Assembly (NCBI GenBank): GCA_046351395.1
Contig: JAXLYP010000017.1
Span: 1,508-65,507, forward strand
Source: Polyangiaceae bacterium
Lineage (GTDB): Bacteria > Myxococcota_A > Polyangia > Polyangiales > Polyangiaceae
Length of the DNA: 64,000 bases
Direction of reading: 5' to 3'
Below, one piece after another: positions 18,398 through 28,084 of the stretch. The translations under genes were made by a program, and so were the position numbers. How positions within the stretch are numbered: position 1 is the first letter of the stretch; each line of letters starts with the position of its first letter. The notes under the pieces were generated by a model, which saw nothing but the letters and a program-made list of their open reading frames with translations, did not search any database and was not told where the DNA came from.

Positions 18398-19131
18398 ATG
18401 GTCTCCCGAGGCGCCGTCATCCTGGTCTTCGTCGCGATCCTCGCGGGCTGTGGCGCGTCGGCCCGGAGCCCGTTCGATCCGCGCGTCATGGAGCGGCGGC
18501 TCGCGTGCACGTCGTACGAGACGGCGACCGACGCGACGCTTCCGGGCCCGCCCCCGCTCTCTCGCGACGGCCGGGCCCGGTCGGACTTCGACCTCGAGCG
18601 GCGAGGGGAGACCCCCGAGCCCGGGCGGCCGAGCGATCTGATGGCGGAGGCGACCGAGCTCTTCGACGCGCGGCCGTGCCGCTGCTCCAGCGCGTCATCC
18701 GCCGCGAGGGGCAGGACGACGCGGGCAACGTGGAGCTCGCCACCTATCAGCTCGGCGTCGCCTACTACCACTCCGGGCTCTTCACGGCGTCCCTCGACGC
18801 GTTCGCGCCCATCGCGTCGGACCCCGCGCACCTGATGCACCACGAGACCCTCTATTGGCTCGTCGATCTGGCGCTCGAGGAGGAGACGAACCTGAAGGCG
18901 ATCGACCTCAGTTATCAGTACCTCGGGGAGAACTACTACGAGCTCGACTCGACGAACCGCGAGCTCGAATACCTCATCCAATACATTTGGGGCCGCGCCT
19001 ATTACCGCGTGGGCCTCTGGGACCAGGCGATCCGCAAGATGGAAGCGGTCGCGCGCGATCCTCGCTTCGCCCGCATCGCGACCGATTGCGCGAGCCTCGC
19101 GAAGCAGTTCGTGCACCCGCCCGGCGAGTGA
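18398..19131 (+). pseudogene. TPR-repeat lipoprotein (BamD/YbgF-like) interrupted by an apparent frameshift near 18690
   Basis: ATG 18398 preceded by GGAG gives MVSRGAVILVFVAILAGCGAS (lipobox). That frame reads ...DLMAEATELFDARP and then low complexity. A second frame from about 18685 reads ...LLQRVIRREGQDDAGNVELATYQLGVAYYHSGLFTASLDAFAPIASDP...YYRVGLWDQAIRKMEAVARDPRF (TPR-like) and runs to the stop at 19131. The two halves join into one plausible TPR lipoprotein only across a 1-nt frame change. Confidence 0.5.
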
Positions 19132-19222
19132 GCGCACGCGATGGGCCTCGGTGTTGCGCCGCGTGCGCGAGGGCGCGCGGCCGCGACGCAGCGCTCCCGA
19201 GGAGGGGGGCGTGCGGCGCGGC

Positions 19223-20332
19223 TCACTCGCTCCCAACGTCTTTCGGGAGCAGCTCGCGCGCGACCTGGATGCGGAGAATCCCGTCCTTCACGCGCTGGTC
19301 GTCGCCCGTCTTCTCTCCTTCCATCACGAGCCGGAAGCCGAACTCACAGCCATTCAAGTAGCGGATCCACGCGGCGAAGACCTGGCGGAAAGGCTCCTCG
19401 GGCGAGAAGCGCTCGGCGCGCTTCACCTCGGCGGCCCACGCGGGGACGACGCGCTCCTCGAGGATCGAGGCGAACCGAGCGCGGTCGATCTCCTTCGCGC
19501 GGAGGGACGCGCTCGCCGCCTCATAGTCCTCCAGGATGGCCGCGATCGCCGCGCGGCTGCGCTCGATCTCCGCGCTCGTGCGCGACTCCGGGCTCGGCCC
19601 GGCGGTCACCGCGAGGACCCACACCACCGCGCTCAGGGCGAACACGCCCGCTCGTCTCAGGCGCGCGTCCCACGGGGGCGCGCGTCTCCGGGCGTCGAGC
19701 ACGAGCGCGGCCGCGTACCCCACGACGAACCCTCCGAAGTGCGCCGCGAACCCGAGCTCGCGCATCGCGAGGCCGGGCACGAGCGTGAGCACCGTCATCG
19801 TGAGCACCTTGATGACGAGCCACCTCCGCGCCGCCTCCGGGATCCGCTCCCTCTGCAGCCGGACCTCCGCGAGGAGGGCGCCGTACATCCCCATGATCGC
19901 GCCCGACGCGCCGATGTAGACCACGTCCGGCTGCCACCACGCGCTCGCGAGCGCGCCCGCGAGGCCCGACAGCAGGTACACGCCGACGAACGCGACGTTG
20001 CCGAGGATGGCCTCCGCGGCTCGGCCGATGAGCCACATGCCGAACAGGTTCGCCGCGAGGTGGAGCACCCCGTAGTGCAAGAACATCGACGTGAGCATGC
20101 GCCACGACTCCGCGCGGAGGGCGCGGCCGTGGAGCCCTCCCCATGCGCGGAGCGACGCCGTCGTCGGCGCGAGGACGGACACGCCCTGCGTCGCGAGCGC
20201 CGCGAGCACGGCGACGTTCGCGACCATCAGCACGTAGACGACGTAGACGCGCGCTCCGAGCGACGCGACGAACGCCCGCTCCGCAGCGCGGCCGCTCGTG
20301 CGTGGGGGTGGGGTCTCGTCTCGCCCCTCCAT
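19223..20332 (-). CDS. Rhomboid family intramembrane serine protease with C-terminal soluble extension
   Basis: ATG 20332 (MEGRDETPPP...). Six TM helices. Catalytic GASGAIMG (GxSG) and the His in AHFGGFVVG. The ATG overlaps the TGA stop of the upstream kinase (cgcTGATGgag). Confidence 0.8.
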   Translation of the reverse strand: MEGRDETPPPRTSGRAAERAFVASLGARVYVVYVLMVANVAVLAALATQGVSVLAPTTASLRAWGGLHGRALRAESWRMLTSMFLHYGVLHLAANLFGMWLIGRAAEAILGNVAFVGVYLLSGLAGALASAWWQPDVVYIGASGAIMGMYGALLAEVRLQRERIPEAARRWLVIKVLTMTVLTLVPGLAMRELGFAAHFGGFVVGYAAALVLDARRRAPPWDARLRRAGVFALSAVVWVLAVTAGPSPESRTSAEIERSRAAIAAILEDYEAASASLRAKEIDRARFASILEERVVPAWAAEVKRAERFSPEEPFRQVFAAWIRYLNGCEFGFRLVMEGEKTGDDQRVKDGILRIQVARELLPKDVGSE

Positions 20333-22338
20333 CAGCGCGCGAGCTGTGCGCGCAGCGCTCCGCAGCGCTCGCCGAGCCAGAACTGAAGGAGAGTCTGTCG
20401 ACGACCCCGTCGACGGTGAGCACCCCCGCGGCTGGCGGAGTGCGCGTGGATACCGCGGAGCGCGCTGCCGAGGTCGCCCGTGACGACGAGCGCGGCGCGC
20501 GCGGCGGTCGCGTGTGCTCCCCGGATCGTGCGCCCCAGATCCGCGACGGAGGCCGACTGCAACAGGCGATCGACCTTCTCGCCGAGCGCGTCGCGCTCCG
20601 CGGGCCGCAAGTTCTGTCGGAGCATCGCGGTGATCGGCGCCGTCTCCGCGTGCATCGCCGCGGACCGCCCCGTCGCTTCGGCGAGGCTCGTCACGAGGTT
20701 CCGGAGGTTCTCGGTCGTCCCGAAGAAGTGCGCCGCGTAGAGCTCGGGCCGGAGGCGCGCGAGGGATCGCGCGGCCACGAAGAGCGCGCGCGGTGGTGAG
20801 AGGATCGCGAAGAACGACGCGCTCGCAACGCACGTCGGCGGCGCGCCGTGGTGGACCGCGACGGGGACGGCGCTCTCCGCTCGCACGAGGACGCGGGGCG
20901 TGTGGATGGCGAGGAGCGCCGCCGCGCGGAGCACCGCCGCGAGCGGCTCGGATGGCGGCGTGTGAGGGTCGAGGGGCCACGTGCGTTCGCCGGCGGGCGC
21001 GCTTCGCGCGCCGCTCGCGCGCGCGCGCGGCGCGGCCGCGCCGCCAAGTACGTCCACGAGGGGCAGCGCGAGATCCTCGTGCAAGAGCGCGCGCCACGCG
21101 GCATCGTCGAGCGGGACCGTCAGCGTCGCGGGGCGAGGGGGAGCGCCCGCGAGCGCCGCCTCGCTCGGCGACGCGTCCTTGAATGCGGAGAGGAGGGTCG
21201 CCGCTCTCCACGAAAGATCGCCGTCCCCCGTGCTTGCAGCGAACGAGAGGAGCTCGCGGACGAGCCGCGGCTGGCGCGGCGTGCGCTCGAACTCCGCGCG
21301 CACGTGCGCGATCGGCCGGCGACCGCCCGTGACTTTCGCCGGCTCGTCCGGCTCGACGAGATCGGGGTCGATCTCGTCGATCTCGTCGATCTCGTCGATC
21401 TCGCCGATCTCGTCGATCTCCTCGAAGTCCGCGGGATCCAGGAACTCCTCCTGGGCGCCGCCCCCCAGGAGGACCGGTCGGAGCGCCTCGAACGCCTCGC
21501 GGGCGCTCGGAAAGCGGCGCGCCGGATCGCGCGCCACCGCGACGAGGAACCACGCGTCGAAGCCTGGCGGGAGCGCGCCGCGCACGCCGCGCCGCGCCGC
21601 GCGCACACTCGGCGCCTCGATGGGATCCATGATCACCTCGCGCAGAAGGGCGTGCACGCTCGAGTCGGAGTCCGTCGCCGCGTTCCAATAGTACGCGCCC
21701 GTGAGGACCCGAAACGCGATGAGACCGAGCGCCCACACGTCCGTCGCCGGGGTGATGCGGCCCTTCGAGTCGGACTGCTCGGGCGCCATCCAGAGCGGCG
21801 TGCCCATCGATTGCGTCGCCTGGCTCACCGCGCTCGCGACGACCTTCGCGATCCCGAAGTCGAGGATCTTCACGTGGAGGTCGGCGCCGATCCTCCGCGA
21901 TCGGGCGAGGAACACGTTCTCCGGCTTGAGGTCGCGGTGCACCACGCCGCGCGCGTGCGCCGCGGCGAGCCCGTGGCAGAGCTGCGCGAGGATCACCGCG
22001 GCGTCCGCGGCGCTCTTCGCGCCCGCGCGCGTGAGGTGCGCGGCGAGATCTTCCCCGGAGAGCAGCTCCATCGCGAGGAACGGCGTCCCCGTCGGAGCGT
22101 CGACGCCGGCCGCGACCACCTCGACGACGTGGTCGCTCTCGATCGACGCCGAGATCCGCGCTTCCTGCACGAAGCGCTCGCGGAGGCGCGCGTCGCTCAC
22201 CAGGTTCGGGTGCATGAGCTTCAGGGCGCGCTGGCGGCCCGTGGAGAGCTGCTCGGCGACGAACACCGAGCCCATCCCGCCCGCGGACAACGGCCGAAGG
22301 ACGCGGAAATCGCCGCCTACGATCGCGCCCGCCTTCAT
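20332..22338 (-). CDS. Ser/Thr protein kinase with acidic (EID)n repeat linker and long C-terminal domain
   Basis: MKAGAIVGGDFRVLRPLSAGGMGSVF, ALKLMH, HRDLKPENV, DFG and APEQ. Linker FEEIDEIGEIDEIDEIDEIDPDL is encoded by a 9-nt tandem repeat. The stop overlaps the rhomboid start. An RBS (GAGGAG) lies 5 nt upstream of ATG 22338. Confidence 0.8.
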   Translation of the reverse strand: MKAGAIVGGDFRVLRPLSAGGMGSVFVAEQLSTGRQRALKLMHPNLVSDARLRERFVQEARISASIESDHVVEVVAAGVDAPTGTPFLAMELLSGEDLAAHLTRAGAKSAADAAVILAQLCHGLAAAHARGVVHRDLKPENVFLARSRRIGADLHVKILDFGIAKVVASAVSQATQSMGTPLWMAPEQSDSKGRITPATDVWALGLIAFRVLTGAYYWNAATDSDSSVHALLREVIMDPIEAPSVRAARRGVRGALPPGFDAWFLVAVARDPARRFPSAREAFEALRPVLLGGGAQEEFLDPADFEEIDEIGEIDEIDEIDEIDPDLVEPDEPAKVTGGRRPIAHVRAEFERTPRQPRLVRELLSFAASTGDGDLSWRAATLLSAFKDASPSEAALAGAPPRPATLTVPLDDAAWRALLHEDLALPLVDVLGGAAAPRARASGARSAPAGERTWPLDPHTPPSEPLAAVLRAAALLAIHTPRVLVRAESAVPVAVHHGAPPTCVASASFFAILSPPRALFVAARSLARLRPELYAAHFFGTTENLRNLVTSLAEATGRSAAMHAETAPITAMLRQNLRPAERDALGEKVDRLLQSASVADLGRTIRGAHATAARAALVVTGDLGSALRGIHAHSASRGGAHRRRGRRQTLLQFWLGERCGALRAQLAR
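21368..21425. repeat. 9-nt tandem repeat (gatctcgtc) x~6.5 encoding (EID)n in the kinase linker
   Basis: Direct reading: gatctcgtcgatctcgtcgatctcgtcgatctcgccgatctcgtcgatctcctc. Confidence 0.8.
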
Positions 22339-22348
22339 CCGCTCCTCG

Positions 22349-22529
22349 CTAGAGCACCGGACACGTCGAGACCCGAACGAATGCGCTCGAGTTCGAGGGA
22401 GAGGCGCACGCCCGAGGAGCGAGCGCCCGAAGCCGACTCCGCATCATGCCCGGAGCAGCGCGACGAGGCCGTTTGGATCTCTCCGAAATCGGCTGCATAC
22501 CTCGGCGTTTCATGATGGTCGGTGTCTAC
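22349..22529. repeat. TIR-bounded ~181-bp intergenic element, copy A (MITE-like)
   Basis: Starts ctagagcaccgg and ends cggtgtctac. About 85% identical to the reverse complement of 28085-28266 over the full length. Its left end lies 10 nt upstream of the kinase ATG (22338). Its right-end cta doubles as the TAG stop of the cyclophilin gene. Confidence 0.7.
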
Positions 22530-23347
22530 GGCGCGCAGCGCGTGATCGCGATCGAGTTCATGTGGATCGGGACGAGGGGCTTGTCGTTCGCGTCCGTCAT
22601 CACCTCGGTGATCGCCTTCACGACGTCCACCTCGGCGCAGTGGCCGAAGATCACGTACTTCCCGTCGAGCCCGCTCTGATCGACCTCCGCGACGATGTAG
22701 AACTGGCTCCCGTTCGTGTTCGTGTGCGGCCCGGAGTTCGCGTACGCGAGCGTTCCGGGGGTGTGGCTCAAGGCGGGATCGATCTCGTCGGCGAACTTGT
22801 AGCCCGGGCCTCCGGTGCCCTCGCCGAGCGGGTCACCGCCCTGCGCGACGAAATTGTCGATGACGCGGTGAAAGATCAGCCCGTCGTAGAACCGCGTGCC
22901 CTTGAACCAGTGCGTCCCCTTCCTGAAGGGCCGCCGGCCGCGCGCGAGGCCGACGAAGTTCGCGACGCCCTTCGGCGCGGACTCGGGGAAGAGCTCGCAC
23001 GTGATCGAACCCATCTCGGTGTCGATGATCGCGCGGAGCGGCCCCGGGCCCTCCGGCAGTCCCGCGAGCGCCTCTTCCATCGTGAAGTCGCCCATCTCGG
23101 GATCCTTGCCCGTGCCGAGATCGACGGTCGGGAGCGTCGTGTCGTCCGCGGGGCACTGCGTGATGGGCTCGCCCGAGCTGCTCGAGGAGCCGGTGTCCGC
23201 GGTCGTCGCCGTGGTCGTCGACGAGGTCGTCGCGTCGGCGCTCGACGAGGACGTGGCGCCGCCCGTCCCGGGCGCGTCCGTCGCGCTCTTTTCGCACGCG
23301 GTGGTGAGGGCGGCGAGCGCCGCAGCGAGGAGGTGAGCCCTGCTCAC
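22526..23347 (-). CDS. Peptidyl-prolyl cis-trans isomerase, cyclophilin type, lipoprotein
   Basis: GTG 23347 preceded by GAAGGGAG gives [20 protein letters not shown] (lipobox), then a Ser/Thr-rich linker. Cyclophilin motifs FHRVIDNFVAQGGD, GSQFYI and the conserved W. Confidence 0.85.
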   Translation of the reverse strand: MSRAHLLAAALAALTTACEKSATDAPGTGGATSSSSADATTSSTTTATTADTGSSSSSGEPITQCPADDTTLPTVDLGTGKDPEMGDFTMEEALAGLPEGPGPLRAIIDTEMGSITCELFPESAPKGVANFVGLARGRRPFRKGTHWFKGTRFYDGLIFHRVIDNFVAQGGDPLGEGTGGPGYKFADEIDPALSHTPGTLAYANSGPHTNTNGSQFYIVAEVDQSGLDGKYVIFGHCAEVDVVKAITEVMTDANDKPLVPIHMNSIAITRCAP

Positions 23348-25353
23348 GAGCGCGCTCCCTTCGGGGCGCGCTCGCTCCGCGAGCGGTCGCCCGCCCACTC
23401 CGTCCGCTGGACGACGGGGAGCTGCAGCGCGCGCTCGCGGTCGAGGTCGAGCGAACCGACGTGGAGCGCGATCGGTGCCTGCACCCACTTGAAGATCGAT
23501 CGGGTGAAGAGGCGCGCGAACTTCTCCGCGAAGCCCGAGAGCTTCTCCTTCGGGAGGCTGGGGAACAGGCTCGGGAGCGCGTCCGCGAGCTCGTCCGCGG
23601 CGAGCTTCTCTGCTCCGTAGAGGTAGAGGCACGCGTCGAGCACCTCGAACGGCATGAGCTCCTCCTCGCCCGATTGGTTCGCGGCGAGCTCCGGACCCGC
23701 GGTCGTCCCGAGGGTGGCGGCGATCCCGGCGAACCCGAAGCGCGTGAGCAGCCGCTCCAGCATCGCGATGACGACCGTCTTGGGGAGGTTCGCGATGACG
23801 CTGAGCGCACCCTCGAGATCGCCCCCGACGGTGGTGTAGCCGAGCGACTTCTCGCTCATGTTGCCCGTCTGGAGGAAGAGCGCGCCGCTCGTGTTTGCCC
23901 AGTTCCACATGCGCTGACCGCGGATGCGCGCCTGGATGTTCTGGCTCGTGATCTCGGTCATCGCCGGTCCCCCTTCGCCCAGCATCGCGCGCGTCGCCTC
24001 CGCCTCGCGTCCGAACGCCTCCTCGATGGGGAGCGTCATGAAGGACGCGCCGAGATCCTCCGCGATCTGTTGCGCGGCCTTCTGCGTGCCGCCGCTCGAG
24101 AACCGTGTCGGCATGTAGAACGCGTGGATCATGTCCGCCATCGCCGCCTTCGCGGTCTCGTCCGTGAGCTCCGGGCGGATGAACCGGACCGCGCGCCACG
24201 CGATGAGGAGCGTGAGGAGGGAGTCCCGGCCTCCCGAGAGCGCGATGCCGATCGACTTGAACGCGCCCGTCTTCCGGAAGTAGTCGGCGACGCCGAGCGC
24301 GAGCGCTTCGAAGAGATCGTCGAGGAGCTCGTCCCGCGGCGAGAGCGTCCGCACCTCCTTGCTCGGGAGGAAGAACGTCGTCCCGGGGGCGGGCGCGGGG
24401 TACCGGAGCGCGGACGTGTTCGCCGTCGGCGCCTCCGAGCGGAGCGTCGGGACGGCGACGTCGACGGACCGGAAGGTCTCGAGGTCGCTCCGCCACGTGC
24501 TCGCCTCGCGGCGGCACCGCGCGGTGCGATCGAGATCGACGACCGCCGCGCTGAATCCTTCGCGGAAGCGCGGACCCTCGAGGATGGGCCGCCCGTTCTG
24601 GTTGATGAACCCGCCGCCGTCGAAGATGAGTCCGTCGTTCGCGCCGACCAGGTTCGCGTAGAGGACGGTGCACTGGTTGTCGGACGCGCGCGTCGCGATC
24701 ATCTCTCGCCGCGTCGCGACGACGCCCGTGCGGTACGGGGACGCGGAGACGTTTACGACGACCAACGCGTCGCTGTAGCAGCGGCGCCGCATCGGCCCGT
24801 CCGGGGACCAAATGTCCTCGCACACCTCGACGCCGATCGTGCCGAAGTCGAACCCGAACAGGTAGTCGCCGAGGGGGATCCGCTCCGCCTCGCGAGCGCG
24901 CCCGCCCGGCGCTGGAAGGGAGAGGGCGAGCCCAGGCGTCCCGCGCGAGAACGTGCGCATCTCGTAAAAGACGTTGTACGTGGGGAGCTTCTCCTTCGGG
25001 ACGACGCCCAGGATCTTCCCCGCGTGGATGACCGCGGCGCAGTTGAAGAGGTCCCCGCCGATCCCCACCGTCACGCCGACGACGAAGACCGTCGCGAGGC
25101 CCGCGGTGGACTCGGCGAAGCGCCCGAGCTCGTCCCACTGCGTCTCGACGAACCCGCGCCACTGCACGAGATCCTCCGCCGCGTACCCGCCGACGACCTG
25201 CTCGGGGAACGCGGCGATCGTGACGTCGTCGCGCGCCATCTCGTCCGCGATCCGAAGGACGCGATCGACGTTCGAGCGGACCGCTCCGACCGTGGCGTTG
25301 ACGTTCGCGATCCCGAGCTTGATGAGGCGCATCGCCGCGGAGGGTAGTGCCAC
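23344..25353 (-). CDS. nadE: Glutamine-dependent NAD+ synthetase (N-terminal nitrilase/CN-hydrolase domain + NAD synthetase domain)
   Basis: 669 aa. N-terminal CN hydrolase features (Cys in EVCEDIW). C-terminal NadE P-loop [10 protein letters not shown] and the nadE-typical [16 protein letters not shown]. 4-nt overlap with the cyclophilin start. Confidence 0.85.
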   Translation of the reverse strand: MALPSAAMRLIKLGIANVNATVGAVRSNVDRVLRIADEMARDDVTIAAFPEQVVGGYAAEDLVQWRGFVETQWDELGRFAESTAGLATVFVVGVTVGIGGDLFNCAAVIHAGKILGVVPKEKLPTYNVFYEMRTFSRGTPGLALSLPAPGGRAREAERIPLGDYLFGFDFGTIGVEVCEDIWSPDGPMRRRCYSDALVVVNVSASPYRTGVVATRREMIATRASDNQCTVLYANLVGANDGLIFDGGGFINQNGRPILEGPRFREGFSAAVVDLDRTARCRREASTWRSDLETFRSVDVAVPTLRSEAPTANTSALRYPAPAPGTTFFLPSKEVRTLSPRDELLDDLFEALALGVADYFRKTGAFKSIGIALSGGRDSLLTLLIAWRAVRFIRPELTDETAKAAMADMIHAFYMPTRFSSGGTQKAAQQIAEDLGASFMTLPIEEAFGREAEATRAMLGEGGPAMTEITSQNIQARIRGQRMWNWANTSGALFLQTGNMSEKSLGYTTVGGDLEGALSVIANLPKTVVIAMLERLLTRFGFAGIAATLGTTAGPELAANQSGEEELMPFEVLDACLYLYGAEKLAADELADALPSLFPSLPKEKLSGFAEKFARLFTRSIFKWVQAPIALHVGSLDLDRERALQLPVVQRTEWAGDRSRSERAPKGARS

Positions 25354-25412
25354 GGCGTGCCCTGGTCGAGGCTTGCCCGCCCGCCGAAAGCGGTCGAGAG
25401 TCGCCCCTAGCC

Positions 25413-25955
25413 ATGAACCCCCTGCACGACGTCGCGCTCCCGATCGATCTGAAGGCGTTCTTCCCCGCGGTCGTGGAGATCCCCGCGGGATCGAAGCTCA
25501 AGTACGAGATCGACAAGGAGAGCGGCCTGCTCGTCCTCGATCGCGTCCTCTATTCGTCCGTCCACTACCCGCACAACTACGGGTTCATCCCGCGCACGCA
25601 CGCGGGAGACGGTGACGCGCTGGACGTGCTCGTGCTGATGCAGGGCGCCGTCCACCCGCTGACGATCGTCCGAGCCCGCGCGATCGGCGGGTTCCACATG
25701 ACGGATGACAAAGGCGAGGACCACAAGATCATCGCCGTCGCGATCGACGACCCCGCGTTCGCCCACTACCACGAGGCGGCCGAGCTCCCGCCCCACCTCG
25801 TGCGCGAGATCCGGCGGTTCTTCGAGGACTACAAAATCCTCGAGGGCAAGGCGAGCGAGGTCGACGAACTGTACGGCTCCGAGGAGGCGCTCCGAGTCAT
25901 CCAAGAGTCGGTGGACGCGTACGTGAAGCTCCAGGCGGAGAAGCGCTGGAAGTAG
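25413..25955 (+). CDS. ppa: Inorganic pyrophosphatase
   Basis: ATG 25413 ([15 protein letters not shown]...). Motifs [20 protein letters not shown] and AVAIDDPAF. 180 aa, typical family I PPase. Confidence 0.85.
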   Translation: MNPLHDVALPIDLKAFFPAVVEIPAGSKLKYEIDKESGLLVLDRVLYSSVHYPHNYGFIPRTHAGDGDALDVLVLMQGAVHPLTIVRARAIGGFHMTDDKGEDHKIIAVAIDDPAFAHYHEAAELPPHLVREIRRFFEDYKILEGKASEVDELYGSEEALRVIQESVDAYVKLQAEKRWK

Positions 25956-26154
25956 AGGCGGCGGCGGCGATCGACCGCGCTTGGAGGCGGTCCTCGGCCG
26001 TGCCGGGTCAGGGCCCAAGGACCCGCTGCGGACGAGATTCCGCACCTCGCGGAGGTTGTCGACCGGTCGATCGTGGTCACAGTGTTCTCCGCAACCCCTC
26101 CAACGAGAGCGACCGAGCTGGTTGCCCAAACCTCACCGAAAGGATCTCACGACC

Positions 26155-26412
26155 ATGTCCATCGTTCTCTTCCTCGTTTTCGGCTGGATCGTCGGCCTCC
26201 TGGCCCGCGCCATCATGCCGGGGAAGCAGCCGATGTCCCTGATCATGACGTCCCTCCTCGGCGTCGCCGGCTCGTTCGTGGGCGGAGCGCTCTCGGCCGC
26301 GGTGTTTCACCACGACTTCCTGTCGTTCCGGACGACGGGCCTCATCGGAAGCGTCGTCGGGGCGCTCATCGTCCTCGCGATCGCCGGGCTCGTGAAGAAG
26401 GACAAGAAGTAG
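26155..26412 (+). CDS. GlsB/YeaQ/YmgE family membrane protein (transglycosylase-associated type)
   Basis: ATG 26155 preceded by AAAGGA. 85 aa with two or three TM helices (MSIVLFLVFGWIVGLLARAIMPG...GVAGSFVGGALS...GSVVGALIVLAIAGLV). Confidence 0.7.
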   Translation: MSIVLFLVFGWIVGLLARAIMPGKQPMSLIMTSLLGVAGSFVGGALSAAVFHHDFLSFRTTGLIGSVVGALIVLAIAGLVKKDKK

Positions 26413-26509
26413 CCCACCGCATCGGCGCTTTCGCGCGCGGCTCGCCTCGCCGGCCTCCCGAGTTGACGCACCTCCGAGCCAGGTGCGAGCCTTTGTCCAC
26501 GCAGCGCGC

Positions 26510-28084
26510 ATGGAGAGCCCGGCCGAAATCGGTGATCTGATCGCCGGCAAATACCGCGTCGACAAGGTCCTCGGGACCGGCGGCATGGGCGTCGTCGTGG
26601 CGGCGACGCACGTGGGCTTGAACGAGGTCAGAGCGATCAAGATGCTCCGACCGAAACTCGCGACGAACCCGGCCTACACCGATCGGTTCCTCCAGGAGGC
26701 GCAGGCGATCGCGCGCCTCAAGAGCGAGCACATCGCCCGCGTGCACGACGTCGGCATCCACGTGCGCGCGGACGGCCAGAGCGTGCCGTACATGGTCATC
26801 GAGTACGTCGAGGGCGGCGATTTTGCGACCGTCCTTCGGCAGCGCGGTGCCCCTCCCGTCGAGCAGGCGGTGACGTACGTCCTCCAGATCACCGAGGCGC
26901 TCGCCGAGGCCCACAAACACAACATCGTCCACCGGGACATCAAGCCGGCGAACCTCTTCCTGTCGACGAGCAACGACGGATCCGCGTGCGTGAAGGTGAT
27001 CGACTTCGGCATCGCGAAGACGGCCGCGAACCTCACGCAGGTCGGCGTGGTGCTCGGCAGCCCGCGCTACATGTCGCCCGAGCAGATCCGGGAGTCGCGC
27101 GACGTCGACGTGCGCGCCGACATCTGGTCCCTGGGGATCGTGCTCTACGAGCTCCTCACGGGACAGACCCCGTTTCAAGGTGGCGGCATCCTCGAGGTGT
27201 GCGAGCGCATCTTCGAGGACGACCCGGCGCGCCCGTCGCGGCTCCGCGCCGACGTTCCGGCCGCGCTCGACGCGGTGGTGCTGCGCTGCCTCGAGAAGGA
27301 TCGCGAGCGCCGCTACCCCCACGTCGCCGCGCTCGCGGAGGCGCTCGCTCCGTTCGCGACGGAGGACGCGCGCACCGTCGCGCAGCGGGTCGCGCGCGTG
27401 CTCGGCGTCGCCTTGCCGGCGAGGGTGCCGCTGCCCGCGGCGCCCGCGGTCGATCCATCGCCCAGCCACACGGACGTCGATCCCCGCCCGGTCGTGGTGC
27501 TCTCCACCCCCGATCCGCGCCCGCTCGGGCAGGACACGTCGACCGATCTTGGCCCGCCGAACGGCGCCGCGGCGCCTCCCGCGCCGACGCTCGTCTACGC
27601 CCAGCCCGGTCACCCGCGTCCTCCGTCGGGGCCTCGCGTCGGATCGGTGACGGAGACGTCCCTCGGCGCGATCGGCGCGGCGTCGCCCATGCCCGTCGGG
27701 GCTGTGTCGACGCTCCCCGCTGGGCGCGGGCGCCTGATCGCGATCGCTGCCGTGACGGGCGTCGCGGTCGCGGCGGTCGCGACCGCGATCGCGTGGCCCG
27801 CCGACCGAACCGCTCCGCCGAGCGCGGCGAGCGCGGCGGCGCCGTCGGACACGAGCTCCGCGCCCGCGCCCGCGCTCGCGAGCTACTCGGCCCCCATCCA
27901 CGCGGCCTCCTCCGACGCGAGCTCGAGCGCGCCGCTCACGGCGAGCTCGAGCCCCAGCGCATCGGCGCAGCCGTCGAGCGCTCCGCCCCCGCGCGCGACC
28001 TCGGCCCCGCAGCGCCCCGTCGGTCCGACGACCGCGCCGCCGCGATCGCCGGGCGGGCTCACGTCGAGCCGAGGCAGGATTTAG
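26510..28084 (+). CDS. Ser/Thr protein kinase with TM segment and Ser/Ala/Pro-rich C-terminal tail
   Basis: MESPAEIGDLIAGKYRVDKVLGTGGMGVV, AIKML, HRDIKPANL, DFG and SPEQ. TM helix LIAIAAVTGVAVAAVATAIAW. An alternative GTG start lies at 26483. The TAG stop at 28082-28084 is followed directly by the TIR element. Confidence 0.85.
   Translation: MESPAEIGDLIAGKYRVDKVLGTGGMGVVVAATHVGLNEVRAIKMLRPKLATNPAYTDRFLQEAQAIARLKSEHIARVHDVGIHVRADGQSVPYMVIEYVEGGDFATVLRQRGAPPVEQAVTYVLQITEALAEAHKHNIVHRDIKPANLFLSTSNDGSACVKVIDFGIAKTAANLTQVGVVLGSPRYMSPEQIRESRDVDVRADIWSLGIVLYELLTGQTPFQGGGILEVCERIFEDDPARPSRLRADVPAALDAVVLRCLEKDRERRYPHVAALAEALAPFATEDARTVAQRVARVLGVALPARVPLPAAPAVDPSPSHTDVDPRPVVVLSTPDPRPLGQDTSTDLGPPNGAAAPPAPTLVYAQPGHPRPPSGPRVGSVTETSLGAIGAASPMPVGAVSTLPAGRGRLIAIAAVTGVAVAAVATAIAWPADRTAPPSAASAAAPSDTSSAPAPALASYSAPIHAASSDASSSAPLTASSSPSASAQPSSAPPPRATSAPQRPVGPTTAPPRSPGGLTSSRGRI

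Noticed and set aside
16753-19131. 792-aa ORF (+) and the N-terminal two-thirds of the 810-aa (-) and 747-aa (-) ORFs
   Set aside because: Only the C-terminal TPR segment of the plus-strand ORF is credible. The rest (RDRDEHSAGAEPDDLGQEIRERDLH...) is an antisense translation of the MATE gene. Likewise only the last 483 aa and 212 aa of the two minus-strand ORFs are real (MATE transporter and secreted protein).
20848-23620. ORFs 20848..22515(+), 21701..23620(+) and the N-terminal part of 22526..25516(-)
   Set aside because: Antisense or out of frame relative to the kinase, cyclophilin and nadE genes, with Arg/Asp-dominated composition.
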